Counted from the first letter of the stretch, positions 1 through 10,012 are shown. The stretch: 29,254 bases of DNA from Candidatus Hydrogenedentota bacterium (GCA_029974275.1 JARKSN010000155.1:1-29254); one strand, 5' to 3'. The notes: a model not told the origin generated them from the sequence alone. Translations and numbers: made by a program.

Positions 1-24
1 TATGGCCATCACAAACAACAACAT
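1..24 (-). CDS. 5' fragment of a gene running off the left edge (MLLFVMAI...), possibly a signal peptide or membrane protein
   Basis: Minus-strand ATG at 24 preceded by a strong Shine-Dalgarno (revcomp of ctctctccttcc = GGAAGGAGAGAG); the frame is open to the window edge; only 8 codons are visible. Confidence 0.5.
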
Positions 25-360
25 GGCTCTCTCCTTCCTGTTAGGGAAACACATGGCGGAAACATCGCCACACCGCCCCCCGCGACATCCTGCAACGCGA
101 CGGCAGGAAAATCGCTCATGCGAATGCAATCCTGCGATGAGGGTACAAGCAGCGTGCGCGCGCACGCTATTCACGACGGGGGCATAATGTACCCAAAACA
201 AAAACGTTTTTCAACTCACGGCTTCTCGGGCGCCTTGACGCATGCGACGACAGCCCCGACAAAGCCCGGATAGAAAACGATCCGCGTGCCAAGATCATCG
301 ATCAAAGAACCGAACAAATGGCGCATGAGAAGGGTCATCGGCGATTATCCCAGCGTCCGT

Positions 361-412
361 CGTAAAACACGCCCAGCACGGAGACGGGTTACGAGACAAA
401 CCGGGCGCAAAC
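361..412 (-). repeat. Degenerate copy of the GTAG-REP motif (family A)
   Basis: cgtaaaacacgcccagcacggagac...ccgggcgc resembles ccgtaaaaccgcccggcacggagaccgggcgctac, the reverse complement of the REP arm plus flank in the MITE; it is interrupted by about 15 nt. Confidence 0.5.
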
Positions 413-437
413 GGGAATGCCTGCGGCTATATACACG

Positions 438-1742
438 TCATACGTTTGGTCTGCCGATGCTGAAGTAACGGAATCCATGCTCGGACATGGTGCGGGGCGC
501 GTAGAGATTGCGGCCATCGAAGACAACGTTGCCGCGCATGAGTTGGGCCATCCGCGCATGGTCCGGGCTTTGGAATTCGCGCCATTCCGTCGCGATTACG
601 AGCGCATCGGCTCCTTCCAGCGCGGCATAGGCTTTTGGGGCGACGGTGATGCGATCGCCATAATGGGCCGCCAATTTGGGTCCGGCGACGGGGTCGAAAA
701 CGCGAACAACGGCGCCCGCCGTCAACAGCGCATCGATTACCTCGAGCGCGGGCGCGTGGCGGATGTCGTCGGTGCGGGCCTTGAACGTCGCGCCCCAGAT
801 GGCGATGTGCTTGCCTTGGATGGAATCGCCGTAGTGATCCAGGATTCGCGTGATAAAGTGAGCGAGCTGTTTTTGGTTGATGCCGTGGATGGCGTCCAGC
901 AGGTCCGCGGGCACGCCTTTTTCGCGCGCCAGTTCAGCGCAGGCCCGCACGTCCTTCGGCAAGCAGGAGCCGCCGTAGCCCAGGCCGGGGTAGAGATAGG
1001 CGGGGCCAATGCGTTTGTCCGAGGCAAGCCCTTCGCGCACTTCCGCGATGTCGGCGCCGCAGGCCTCGCAGATGCGCGCGAGCTGATTAATCATGGAAAT
1101 GCGGGCCGCAAGCATGGTGTTGACGGCGTACTTCGCCATTTCGGCGCTGCGGACGCTCATGGTCAAAAAAGGGTTGCCCATCCGCAGGAACGGGCCGTAG
1201 ACTTCTTTCATGATTTCGACGACGCGGACGTCCGCGCATCCGACGATGATCCGGTCGGGGCGCATGAGATCATCGACGGCCGACCCTTCGCGCATGAATT
1301 CGGGATTCACCACAATGTCGAAGGGGTGCGGTTGTTGCGCGAGCATCTCGTGGATGCGGTCCGCCGTGCCGACCGGGCACGTGCTTTTGTTGACGATAAT
1401 CCGGTATCCGGTCATGCTGCGGCCGACTTGCTCGATTGCGTCGAACACGGCGGACAGATCGGCTCGACCGTCGTGGTCGGGCGGGGTTCCCACGCAGAGA
1501 AAGATGAGCAGACAATCGCCGACCGCTCCCGCGACATCGGTCGTGAAGTGCAGGCGCTCTTCTTCCATGTTGCGCGTGACGAGTTCTTCGAGTCCTGGCT
1601 CGTAGATAGGAACCTGGCCGGCTTGCAACGCGGCGATGCGCCCCGGATCGCGGTCGACGCAGGTCACGAAATGCCCGATTTCGGCCAGCCCTGCGCCCAT
1701 GACAAGTCCGACATACCCTGTGCCGATCACGGTGATGTGCAT
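438..1742 (-). CDS. ugd: UDP-glucose 6-dehydrogenase
   Basis: Rossmann motif GTGYVG, VNKST, NPEFMREG, catalytic GYGGSCLPKD, FKARTDDIR and C-terminal VFDGRN; 434 aa. Confidence 0.95.
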   Translation of the reverse strand: MHITVIGTGYVGLVMGAGLAEIGHFVTCVDRDPGRIAALQAGQVPIYEPGLEELVTRNMEEERLHFTTDVAGAVGDCLLIFLCVGTPPDHDGRADLSAVFDAIEQVGRSMTGYRIIVNKSTCPVGTADRIHEMLAQQPHPFDIVVNPEFMREGSAVDDLMRPDRIIVGCADVRVVEIMKEVYGPFLRMGNPFLTMSVRSAEMAKYAVNTMLAARISMINQLARICEACGADIAEVREGLASDKRIGPAYLYPGLGYGGSCLPKDVRACAELAREKGVPADLLDAIHGINQKQLAHFITRILDHYGDSIQGKHIAIWGATFKARTDDIRHAPALEVIDALLTAGAVVRVFDPVAGPKLAAHYGDRITVAPKAYAALEGADALVIATEWREFQSPDHARMAQLMRGNVVFDGRNLYAPRTMSEHGFRYFSIGRPNV

Positions 1743-1939
1743 GCATTGCGTCCTTTGTCAGTCGCGGAAGCGGCCGCCGGGCGTCTGGCGCGGCGATTGT
1801 CTTTCGCTCCGGATAGGGGGCGTGAGAGGAATGCAGGCCGCGTTCCGAGGGCGGCATCGTATCATTGAAAAGCGGCGTTTCGCAATAGCGTGGAAGCGAA
1901 GGGGCTTTGTATACTGGTTTTTTGAGCAAGGAGACTGCC

Positions 1940-3664
1940 GTGAGCGCCAAGGGCTTATGCCGTTTTGTATCGCGCCGGCGCACGCTTGCGTTTCAGTCGC
2001 CGAAGTTCATTGTGACCGCGACGGAGACGGACGAGGTGCTGCCCGCATTGCGGCGCGTGGCGGAGGGCGTTGCACGGGGGCTTTGCGCTGCGGGGTATGT
2101 GGCCTACGAGGCGGCTCCGGCGTTTGATGCGGCACTCGTGGCGCATCCGCCATCGGGCGGAGCGTTGTTGTGGTTTGGATTGTATGCGGACGCGACCGAA
2201 TATGCGGGATTGCCTGTTCCGGGGGAAGAGGCTCCTTCTTCGCTTGACTGGGCGGCGCTGATATCCGAGTCGGCGTATCGTCGCGCCATGGCGCGTATCC
2301 GCGAATGGATCGCGGCGGGCGACACGTATCAGGTCAACTATGCGTTTGCGTTGGAAGCTGCGTTTGCGGGCGATCCGGAGAATTGGTTCGCTCGTTTGTG
2401 TCATGCGCAGCGCGCCGAATACGGGGCGTTTCTCGATGTTGGCGACGGGTGCATCGTTTCCGCGTCGCCGGAGTTGTTTTTTCGTCTTGATGGAAATCGC
2501 ATTGAAACCCGGCCCATGAAAGGAACACGGCCTCGGGGCCTTTGGTTCGAGGCGGACCGGCGCGCGGCGCTCGATTTGGCGGCAAGCCCCAAGGACCGGG
2601 CCGAGAACATCATGATCGTGGACTTGTTGCGCAATGATTTGGGGCGCATCGCGGATGCCGGCTCGGTGCGGGTCGAGGCGCTGTTCGAGGTTGAGCAGTA
2701 TCCGACGGTGTGGCAGATGACGTCCACGATCGCGGCCCAAACGCGCGCCGATGTGCCGGAGATTTTCGCCGCGTTGTTTCCGTGCGGTTCGGTGACAGGA
2801 GCCCCCAAGGTGCGCACGATGCAGATTATCCGCGAAGTGGAGCCGCATCCGCGCGGCGCCTATTGCGGCGCTATCGGATGGTGGATGCCTTGCCGGCGCG
2901 CGGAATTCAGCGTAGGGATCCGGACGATGACCGTCGATCGTTGCGCCGGAACGGCCCGTTACGCCGTGGGCAGCGGCGTGACGTGGGACTCGGAGCCGCA
3001 GGCTGAGTATGCCGAATGCCGCGCCAAAGCCGCCGTCCTCGATTATTGCGAACCGTCGTTTCAACTCATCGAGTCGTTTCGGCATGCGCGCGGCTATTGG
3101 CTGCTGGACGAACATATGGCGCGCTTGGAAGAGAGCGCGGCGTATTTCGGGTTTGTCTACGACAGGGCGGAGGTGGCGCGATTGCTGCAGGAGTGCGCCT
3201 TGGATCTCTACGACGTCCCCATGAAGGTGCGTCTGTTGTTGTCGCGCGACGGCGGCATTGTCCTGGAACGGTTTCCGTTGCCAGAGCCGCGTCCGTTGCG
3301 GATCGGCTGGGCGAAAACTCCGATCGATCGTCGAAATCGTTTTTTTTATCACAAGACCACAATGCGTTCCGCGTATGACGCGGCGGCGGCGGAGCGGCCT
3401 GACTGCGACGATGTGGTTTTGTTCAATGATCGGGACGAGATCACCGAAACGACCATTGCCAATATCGCCGTTGAGATGGAGGAGGCATGGTGGACGCCGC
3501 CGGTGGCGTGCGGGCTGTTGAACGGCGCATTTCGGCGGAACTTGCTCGCGACGGGCATTTTGCGCGAGCGCGTCTTCACGCGGCGCGAGATGGCGCATGC
3601 GGCGGGCGTTCGTCTGTACAACAGCGTTCGCGGCTGGATGCCGGCGATTTTCATAGACGTTTAG
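1940..3664 (+). CDS. pabB: Aminodeoxychorismate synthase component I fused to a C-terminal class IV aminotransferase-like (ADC lyase) domain
   Basis: GDTYQVN, SPELFF, PMKGTRPR, KDRAENIMIVDLLRNDLG, FPCGSVTGAPK; C-terminal HMARL...SA, HKTT, ETTIAN, GLLNG..R and NSVRG. Start moved to GTG 1940 (AAGGAG at 1928-1933); the ORF track starts at 1907. Confidence 0.9.
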   Translation: MSAKGLCRFVSRRRTLAFQSPKFIVTATETDEVLPALRRVAEGVARGLCAAGYVAYEAAPAFDAALVAHPPSGGALLWFGLYADATEYAGLPVPGEEAPSSLDWAALISESAYRRAMARIREWIAAGDTYQVNYAFALEAAFAGDPENWFARLCHAQRAEYGAFLDVGDGCIVSASPELFFRLDGNRIETRPMKGTRPRGLWFEADRRAALDLAASPKDRAENIMIVDLLRNDLGRIADAGSVRVEALFEVEQYPTVWQMTSTIAAQTRADVPEIFAALFPCGSVTGAPKVRTMQIIREVEPHPRGAYCGAIGWWMPCRRAEFSVGIRTMTVDRCAGTARYAVGSGVTWDSEPQAEYAECRAKAAVLDYCEPSFQLIESFRHARGYWLLDEHMARLEESAAYFGFVYDRAEVARLLQECALDLYDVPMKVRLLLSRDGGIVLERFPLPEPRPLRIGWAKTPIDRRNRFFYHKTTMRSAYDAAAAERPDCDDVVLFNDRDEITETTIANIAVEMEEAWWTPPVACGLLNGAFRRNLLATGILRERVFTRREMAHAAGVRLYNSVRGWMPAIFIDV

Positions 3665-3975
3665 AGCATTACATGGCCGAGGGAAATGGTGCATGGGAAT
3701 AGCCATCGTTAATGTCTTTGTAGCGCCCGGTCTCCGTGCCGGGCGGTTTTACGGAAAGCGATGAGACGAATCCACACCGCCCAGATCAGTGCGCCCAGAC
3801 CCGCCCTGCACAGAGACCGGGCGCTGTCTACAAAAACGAAAATCGTGCGCCAAACGGTAAAATCGGACGTATATGGATCCGAAAAGTCCTAATGACTCAG
3901 AATTTTAGTGCAATGGCCCTGGGCTAAAATGCTCTCACAAGACCGATCGTAGGCATAAAAACTTAAACTGCTCTA
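3662..3975. mobile_element. MITE copy 1: core 3666-3921 homologous to copy 2, bounded by outer TAGAGCA...TGCTCTA ends
   Basis: 3666-3921 aligns with 10064-10316 (about 7 substitutions and 4 small indels by manual alignment); TAGAGCATT at 3662, AATGCTCT at 3928 and AAACTGCTCTA at 3965-3975. Confidence 0.8.
3720..3831. repeat. Inverted GTAG-REP doublet (family A) inside MITE copy 1
   Basis: GTAGCGCCCGGTCTCCGTGCCGGGCG at 3720-3745; inverted partner at 3802-3831 carrying a 4-nt insertion next to CTAC. Confidence 0.85.
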
Positions 3976-4072
3976 ACGTGGCGACCGATTCGTTCTTCTA
4001 CAACGTCATGCGGAGATTGCGCCGAGTAGTTTCTTGTCTTGAGGGCGGCTTGTCTCGCCGAGGCGGGGGGCT

Positions 4073-5038
4073 TTATGTGCGGAGCGCCGGGTCGGTGTCC
4101 TTGGGAGATTTGAGAAGTCCCAGTTTGGCAAGAAGATTGCTGAAAAAATGGCGATGCGTGTCGGGGCAGGCGCTTTCGGTGCAGTGCAGACACAGCGGCG
4201 GCAGCTTGGCCTCGTCGGCATCGCGAAGGCCTTCGCGGATGCGGGCGTAGACGGGGCCGTTCCAGACGTCGCGCACGCGGCATTCGCCAACGTTGCCGGC
4301 GATGACGGTGCGATGCCAGTCGACGCAACAAAGGACGACGTCTCCGTTGAACAGAATGTCCATCTCGCGCGAGGGGCGGATGCAGTGATATTTGGGTTTC
4401 ATCACGCCGACGTTCATCGCGTCGGCGTCTTTGATGTTGCCGCCGCGGTTCTCGAGGGCGGATGTCACGAGGCGCACGCCGTGGCGCGACCAGAATTTGC
4501 GTGCGCGCCGGATGTCGTCTTCGTTGATGTTGGTGACGATTGTCGAGACGCGGAGGTCGAAAGCGCGGGCTTTTTTTTCTTTGAGAATGCGTTTTGCGGC
4601 GAGGACGTTTTGAATGACTTTTTCGCTGCGGTAGCCCATGATGCGCCGATTGGTTTCGGGGTCGAGGGCCTGCAGGCTGATTTTGAGACGTTTGAGGCCG
4701 GCGTCGAGCAAGGCCGCCATCATCGTTTCGGTGAGGTAGACGCCGTTGGACGTGATCAGCGTGGTGGCGCCGGGGATGCGGTCGCTGACGTATCGTACGA
4801 ACTCGGGCAGGCGCGCATCCGCCAAGGGCTCATTCATGAGGTAGGGGCTGATGCGGCGGGGAGGCGTTTCGGCGAGGTCGTCGATGATTTTTTGGAACAG
4901 CGCCGGGGACATCTGTCCCTGTGCAATGCCACTGTTGCGCGTGTCCTCGTTTGGACAAAACACGCAACGTCCGTTGCAACCGGATTGGGTCTGAATTTGT
5001 ACGCGGGAAGGTCCCGGCAGCGGCGCGGCGATTGTCAC
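4073..5038 (-). CDS. Radical SAM protein with a SPASM/twitch-type C-terminal domain
   Basis: CNGRCVFC (CxxxCxxC), MNEPL, TSNG; C-terminal C..P...GDVVLCC.D...GNV...VW...CLHC. GTG start at 5038 has GAGGA upstream; the ORF track starts at 5086. Confidence 0.88.
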   Translation of the reverse strand: MTIAAPLPGPSRVQIQTQSGCNGRCVFCPNEDTRNSGIAQGQMSPALFQKIIDDLAETPPRRISPYLMNEPLADARLPEFVRYVSDRIPGATTLITSNGVYLTETMMAALLDAGLKRLKISLQALDPETNRRIMGYRSEKVIQNVLAAKRILKEKKARAFDLRVSTIVTNINEDDIRRARKFWSRHGVRLVTSALENRGGNIKDADAMNVGVMKPKYHCIRPSREMDILFNGDVVLCCVDWHRTVIAGNVGECRVRDVWNGPVYARIREGLRDADEAKLPPLCLHCTESACPDTHRHFFSNLLAKLGLLKSPKDTDPALRT

Positions 5039-5103
5039 GTTGTTTTCCTCAAAAAAAGGCGTCGTATGGGCGGAAAGTCTCCGCACGGGACACTATAGCA
5101 ATA

Positions 5104-8100
5104 TCAGCGGCCCGTTATCGACCGCAGCATATCTCCGGGAAGGTGCAGCACATCGCCCAGAAGCCCTCGGTCGGCCGGGGCGTCCGCCGATCCGGATGGG
5201 TTCGCCGTTTTAGGCGAAAGGAGGCGGAAGGGATCGACGAGCCGTATGGTCGGAGCGTCGGGGGGCCCGGTCACGTCCAGCGAGAAACGGGAGAGGCGCC
5301 GGATGTCGTCGAAAGCCAGCCCTACCACGGGGATCCTGTCCAGCAGCCCGCCGATGGACTGGAAAGGGACTACATGAATCCGGAGCGCCGAGGCGTCTTT
5401 TGGGAAGTCCACCGCGCCGGTTGCCGCGAGCGAGAGCACGGGGTTGACGAGTGTCGAGGAATTCAGAATCAAAATGCCGTCGGCAAAGGTCAGCGAGAGG
5501 GTCATGTCGTCAAACACAAGGCCTTCGTCTTTGAGCGGCGGCGCCTTCAGCCGAAGCACGTCCGTTGTGCGGATGAATGAGAGCATCCGGGTGGAGAGGC
5601 CGAGTTTTCCGAGGGTTCCTTTTGTGGCGGATCCGTGCGCGGTTCCGTTGACGCCGTGGATGGGATTGTCGTCGATGGGGATTGTCATGTTGATCGCGCC
5701 GGTCACCCGGCCAGTGAGACCGCGAGGCTTGGCGAACAGGAGATCGTCGATGCCCTTGGCGTCCGCGTTGTCCATGGTCACGTCGACGTGCGCCTGCCCC
5801 GGAAGTTCCCCGGAACGAGGCTGTATGTCGATGGAGCCTCCGGCGGCTCCTTTGTAGGGAATGCACGAAAGGTTCTGGATGCGGGTGCGGGTCCCTTCGA
5901 TGGCCACGGTTCCCGTCACGTTCTCAAAGCGGGCGCGGCGGTAGGTGGCGGCGTCCAATCCAACGCGTATCGTCGCCTCGAAGGCAGGAGGCTGGGGGGA
6001 TGGGGGCGTTTCGCTCGTTTTCGGCCCGTGCGCCGGAATCCAATCGGCAACATCGTTTATGAAATTCACGAGCGCATTGATGTCCAGATGCGCGCCGGCG
6101 GCTTGTCCCGATAACTTATGTTGAGCGAGCGTGCCGCTGAAACGGATATCCGACTGGATGCCCCGGGCCGTGATGGGGCCGAAGGTCCAGCGGCCATTGT
6201 TCCATTGGATCGATCCTGTCACGGCGTCCACGGCGGCGTGCGGGCTAATTGACGCGCCCACGCCGTCGAATGCCAGCTGGATTTCGAGGGGGGAGGTCTG
6301 CGCCCACCCGGACGCCTTGCCCGTTATCTTGAGTCCGCGCGCGTAGAGCGACGCCCACGCTCCCAGGTCGATCCCCGGCGATTCGAAGCGGACGCGGCCG
6401 TTTTCTTGGAAGACCCCGTCAATGCGCTGGTCCAGGATTGCGATCTGGAGATTTGCGCTGCGCCAGCCTGTGCGCGGGGTGGTTCCGGTTACGATGATGG
6501 AAGCGGTTTCGCCGGCAGGCTTTATCAGCGTGTCGGCGAGGCTCCAGGATGCGTTTGCGAGATCGGCCTTTGCGGAAAAGGTCTGTTGGACGGGGTCGGT
6601 GACGAGGGTCAGGCGCGCCGGCCCTTCCATCTTGATCCAGCCCGGCGTTTTGCCGTTCAACGGCGTCAGCGAGGCATCTGCCAGGAGCCGGGCCGATGTC
6701 GTTCGCCAGCCTTCCGGTTCTTGCACAAACGTCAGTTCTGCGGAGAGGTCGGGCGGCGTGGCGCGCCGAATGCTCAGAAAAGCCTGGTTTTCTTCGGCAT
6801 TCCGGTATGTCAGCGTGGTCTCGAACGCCGATGGGCCGTATCCCGAGAGAAGCGACGGAAGATAGGTATGCAGGGCGTGGTCTTTCAGGAACGAGAGGGG
6901 GGGGTGCGACATATCGCCGGATATGACGCCTGTGAAAGCGAGGGGAGACAGCTGGAGCGCGCCGGACGCTTCCACGGAGCCGAATTCCGCCGATCGTCCC
7001 GAAACATTGCCCTTCAGGGTCCGGGCGTCGCCGGACAGGTCGGCCGTCACTTCGGAGAGGACGTCCTGATAGGACGGGAAGCGCAGGGTTGCCTCGCCGG
7101 CGCGAATGGAGGCCTGCAGATTGAAGTCATCGGGCAAGGCGGTTTGGCCGCGCCGGAACGTGCCCGCGAGTTTTTCGACGGCCAATTTCCCGTGAAGGCG
7201 GTCCAGTCCCGGGATGGGGTATAGGTGAAAAAGACGGGTGTGGGCCAGGTTTACGGAAGCTTCGATTTGCAGAAAAATTTCGCCCCGTTCCGCGTCTGGC
7301 AGGACGATGCCGGATGCGGCGATTCCCTCGCCCGATGCGTCGCGCAGCCGGATGTCGCCGTTGTCTACCGTGAAGGATCCTTGTATCGCGGGAACCAGCA
7401 TTTCGCCGTCGCGCAGACTGAGTTGCACGCCCTCGAACGATGCCGCGCCGCTCAGGAAACGAGGACGGCTGTTGGGCGCGAGTTCGATAGACCATTCGGA
7501 AGCCGTCGCGTGCGCCGCCGGGGTCGGGGTAAGGTAGATGCGGCTTGTGGCGGCGATGTCGAGAAGCGGCGCGAGTCCCAGCGCGTTGAGATGCAGGGAG
7601 GCGATACGAAGGTTCGCCGCGCCTCCAGGCTGCCAGGCCGCGTCTCCTGAGGCTTCGATCCCGGGCGATTGAAATACGACGTTGCGAATCGAAAAGGATT
7701 TTTTGTCCCACGCCGCAGAGGCCGTGAAAGGCCCCGTCGCGGACGGGGGGACGTCATTCCCGGAGAGAGTTCTGCCGGAGATGACGGCCTCTCCTGATCC
7801 TTGGAAATTTCCGCGAAACGCCGCCGTGGCGTCGATGCGGGCGGATGGAGCCAGCCGGAATGGGGGCAAGGCGGAGACATCGACTCCAAACAGCGACGCC
7901 TCGCCTTCGAAATCGGAGAGCCTTCCTGTGGCGGCGTCGCGGCGGGCCGAAAGTTGTGCGCGGAGACGTCCGGAGAAGGGCTCGGTGAAGCGCAGATTGG
8001 CTTTGCCGATCGTGATGCCACGGGTGAGATTGCTGATTTCGATGTTTCCTGTGGCCCGCGCCGATTCGCCGTTCGCCGCGCCGATTCGCACGTTTTCGCA

Positions 8101-8565
8101 GCGGATCCGGTCCACCGATATCCGCCAGTCGCGTGGCGCGCTTGGGGCCTTGCCGCGCGTGCGGCGCAACCCTTGCAGATTTCCGGAGAGGCTGTCAGCG
8201 GACCCTGTCATGTTGATGTCCAGCGAGGCGATCCGGATGTCTCGAATATGCGCTTCGCGACGCAGCAGCGGCTTTAGTTCCGGCAGGAAGGTCATCTCGC
8301 CGATCGAGAGGCGCATCCAGGCGGTCCGGGCGGAAGCGCCAGATACACGCAGGTGAAGCGAGGGAAAGAGACGCATGTCTATCTGGCCGACGACGATGGG
8401 CAGTCCTCCCGTAGCTTCTTGGAGTTTTTGGGCGATTTCGAAGCGATATTGGTCCACACGCAGCCAGGCTTTGGCGGCTTGAAAAAAACCGGCTGCCGCG
8501 GCGATCAGCAACGGGATCGTCATGGCGAGGCGAACGACGCGGTGTTTCCAGGTGCGTTGAAACAT
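5104..8565 (-). CDS. AsmA-like (YhdP/TamB-type) large periplasmic beta-rich protein
   Basis: N-terminal hydrophobic anchor; long alternating beta-strand patterns; C-terminal AsmA_2-like segment (G.VDF...L...V.P...LDRIPVVG...VTGP.DAP); 1153 aa. Confidence 0.72.
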   Translation of the reverse strand: MFQRTWKHRVVRLAMTIPLLIAAAAGFFQAAKAWLRVDQYRFEIAQKLQEATGGLPIVVGQIDMRLFPSLHLRVSGASARTAWMRLSIGEMTFLPELKPLLRREAHIRDIRIASLDINMTGSADSLSGNLQGLRRTRGKAPSAPRDWRISVDRIRCENVRIGAANGESARATGNIEISNLTRGITIGKANLRFTEPFSGRLRAQLSARRDAATGRLSDFEGEASLFGVDVSALPPFRLAPSARIDATAAFRGNFQGSGEAVISGRTLSGNDVPPSATGPFTASAAWDKKSFSIRNVVFQSPGIEASGDAAWQPGGAANLRIASLHLNALGLAPLLDIAATSRIYLTPTPAAHATASEWSIELAPNSRPRFLSGAASFEGVQLSLRDGEMLVPAIQGSFTVDNGDIRLRDASGEGIAASGIVLPDAERGEIFLQIEASVNLAHTRLFHLYPIPGLDRLHGKLAVEKLAGTFRRGQTALPDDFNLQASIRAGEATLRFPSYQDVLSEVTADLSGDARTLKGNVSGRSAEFGSVEASGALQLSPLAFTGVISGDMSHPPLSFLKDHALHTYLPSLLSGYGPSAFETTLTYRNAEENQAFLSIRRATPPDLSAELTFVQEPEGWRTTSARLLADASLTPLNGKTPGWIKMEGPARLTLVTDPVQQTFSAKADLANASWSLADTLIKPAGETASIIVTGTTPRTGWRSANLQIAILDQRIDGVFQENGRVRFESPGIDLGAWASLYARGLKITGKASGWAQTSPLEIQLAFDGVGASISPHAAVDAVTGSIQWNNGRWTFGPITARGIQSDIRFSGTLAQHKLSGQAAGAHLDINALVNFINDVADWIPAHGPKTSETPPSPQPPAFEATIRVGLDAATYRRARFENVTGTVAIEGTRTRIQNLSCIPYKGAAGGSIDIQPRSGELPGQAHVDVTMDNADAKGIDDLLFAKPRGLTGRVTGAINMTIPIDDNPIHGVNGTAHGSATKGTLGKLGLSTRMLSFIRTTDVLRLKAPPLKDEGLVFDDMTLSLTFADGILILNSSTLVNPVLSLAATGAVDFPKDASALRIHVVPFQSIGGLLDRIPVVGLAFDDIRRLSRFSLDVTGPPDAPTIRLVDPFRLLSPKTANPSGSADAPADRGLLGDVLHLPGDMLRSITGR

Positions 8566-8638
8566 GGCGAAATGGCGTGCCTATTGTTTCCTGATCGCCG
8601 TCCCCGCCGCGTCCGGCAAGACGCGGCGCGCGCGGCCA

Positions 8639-9196
8639 TTATTTTCCCACGGCGCGGTGAAACCCTCCGGCGTTGATTTGACAGATGGCCAGGGCAAGGG
8701 CGTCTGCGGCGTCGTCGGGCCGGGGAAGGAGGTCCAAGGCAAGGAGGATTTTCACCATCTCCTGAACCTGTTTCTTGGTGGCTTTTCCATAGCCGACCAC
8801 GCCGTTTTTCACCTCGAGGGGGCTGAATTCCGCGATGGGTTTTCCTGCGATTTCGACACAGAGCGCAATGACGCCGCGGGCCTGGGCAACGGCGATGCCG
8901 GTGGTGACGTTTTGGGAGAAGTAGAGCTTTTCGATGGCCACGGCGTCGGGCTGATAAACGTCAAGCAGGCGCTGGCATTCGGTAAAAAGAGTGTTGAGGC
9001 GCGCGGCGAAATGGTCCTGCGCGGATGTCGTGATGCTGCCGTGGGCGACATGCACAAGGCGCATTCCCTGCGACTCCACCACGCCGTATCCCGTTGTGGC
9101 CGTTCCCGGATCAAACCCCAGGACCCGCATGCGCCGACGTTCCTTCACGGTTGCGGGGACGGGCTCTTGGGCAAAACGCTCCCGGCCCTGGATCAC
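8639..9196 (-). CDS. ruvC: Crossover junction endodeoxyribonuclease RuvC
   Basis: VLGFDPG...GYGVV, AIEKLYF, QARGV, VKNGVVGYGKATKKQVQEMV, DDAADALALAIC. Start is either GTG 9196 (GTGA overlap with the yebC stop) or ATG 9130. Confidence 0.95.
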   Translation of the reverse strand: MIQGRERFAQEPVPATVKERRRMRVLGFDPGTATTGYGVVESQGMRLVHVAHGSITTSAQDHFAARLNTLFTECQRLLDVYQPDAVAIEKLYFSQNVTTGIAVAQARGVIALCVEIAGKPIAEFSPLEVKNGVVGYGKATKKQVQEMVKILLALDLLPRPDDAADALALAICQINAGGFHRAVGK

Positions 9197-9945
9197 TCTT
9201 CCATGGCGGCGGCCATGTCCTCATCGGAGATGTCGAAGTTGGCATAAATGTTCTGGACGTCGTCGTGGTCTTCAAGATTTTCCATGAACCGCAACACTTG
9301 GGCGACTTCGCGTCCTTCGACTTTCACGGTGGTCTTGGGAGCCATCATGAGTTTGGCTTCTTCGGTTTCGATCCCCATGGCTTGCAAGGCCGAGAGAACC
9401 GTATGCAGATCGCCCGGAGCCGTCGAAATTTCGAAGGCGTCGCCGCTGGTGTCGACGTCCTCGGCTCCGGCTTCCACGGCTTTTTCGAAGATATCGTCGT
9501 CGCTCATCGTCCCCTTGGGAACGGTGATGGATCCTTTTTGCTCGAAATTCCACGCCACGGCGTTGGTTTCGGCCAGACGTCCGCCGAATTTGGTGAGAAG
9601 GTGCCGTATTTCGGCAACGGTGCGGTTTTTGTTGTCGGTGAGGATATCGATAATGACGGCCACGCCTGCCGGGCCGACGCCTTCGTAGCGGATTTCGTCA
9701 TACATGACGCCGGGGAGTTCGCCGGTGCCTTTTTTGATGGCGCGTTCGACGTTATCCTTGGGCATGTTCTGCGCTTTTGCGGCCAGGAGAGCGGTGCGTA
9801 GGCGCGGATTGCCTGCCGGATCGCCGCCGCCGGCCTTGGCGGCGATACTGATTTCCTTCGCCAATTTGCTGAAAATCTTGCCGCGCTTGGCGTCGAGCGC
9901 GCCTTTTTTCCGCTTGATGGTGCTCCACTTAGAATGACCGGACAT
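9193..9945 (-). CDS. yebC: YebC/PmpR family protein
   Basis: MSGHSKWSTIKRKK, NPRLR, NMPKDNVERAI, YEGVGP.G, TDNKNRT, LEDHDDVQNIYAN. True ATG at 9945 with GGGAGAGG upstream; the ORF-track extension to 10104 runs into the MITE. Confidence 0.96.
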   Translation of the reverse strand: MSGHSKWSTIKRKKGALDAKRGKIFSKLAKEISIAAKAGGGDPAGNPRLRTALLAAKAQNMPKDNVERAIKKGTGELPGVMYDEIRYEGVGPAGVAVIIDILTDNKNRTVAEIRHLLTKFGGRLAETNAVAWNFEQKGSITVPKGTMSDDDIFEKAVEAGAEDVDTSGDAFEISTAPGDLHTVLSALQAMGIETEEAKLMMAPKTTVKVEGREVAQVLRFMENLEDHDDVQNIYANFDISDEDMAAAMEE

Positions 9946-10012
9946 GCGCGTCCCTCTCCCTGTGTCAAAAGGCTTGTTCTTTTCAAGGCCGCCGATGTTT
10001 TTCGACGCCGCG

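Noticed and set aside
25..437. Riboswitch or ncRNA in the 400 bp gap downstream of ugd
   Set aside because: No recognisable consensus; only a degenerate REP was found. An Rfam/Infernal scan would be needed to exclude it fully.
417..3706. Long antisense ORFs 417..1868 (+) and 1955..3706 (-), and similar shadows over the radical SAM gene, hydG, aspA and hydF
   Set aside because: They lie opposite well-supported genes and have no family motifs; such open frames are expected in GC-rich coding DNA.
3736..3927. Small ORFs inside the MITE copies (3736..3927, 10134..10439, 10159..10419)
   Set aside because: Indels between the two copies shift the frames, so no protein is conserved; there are no transposase motifs.
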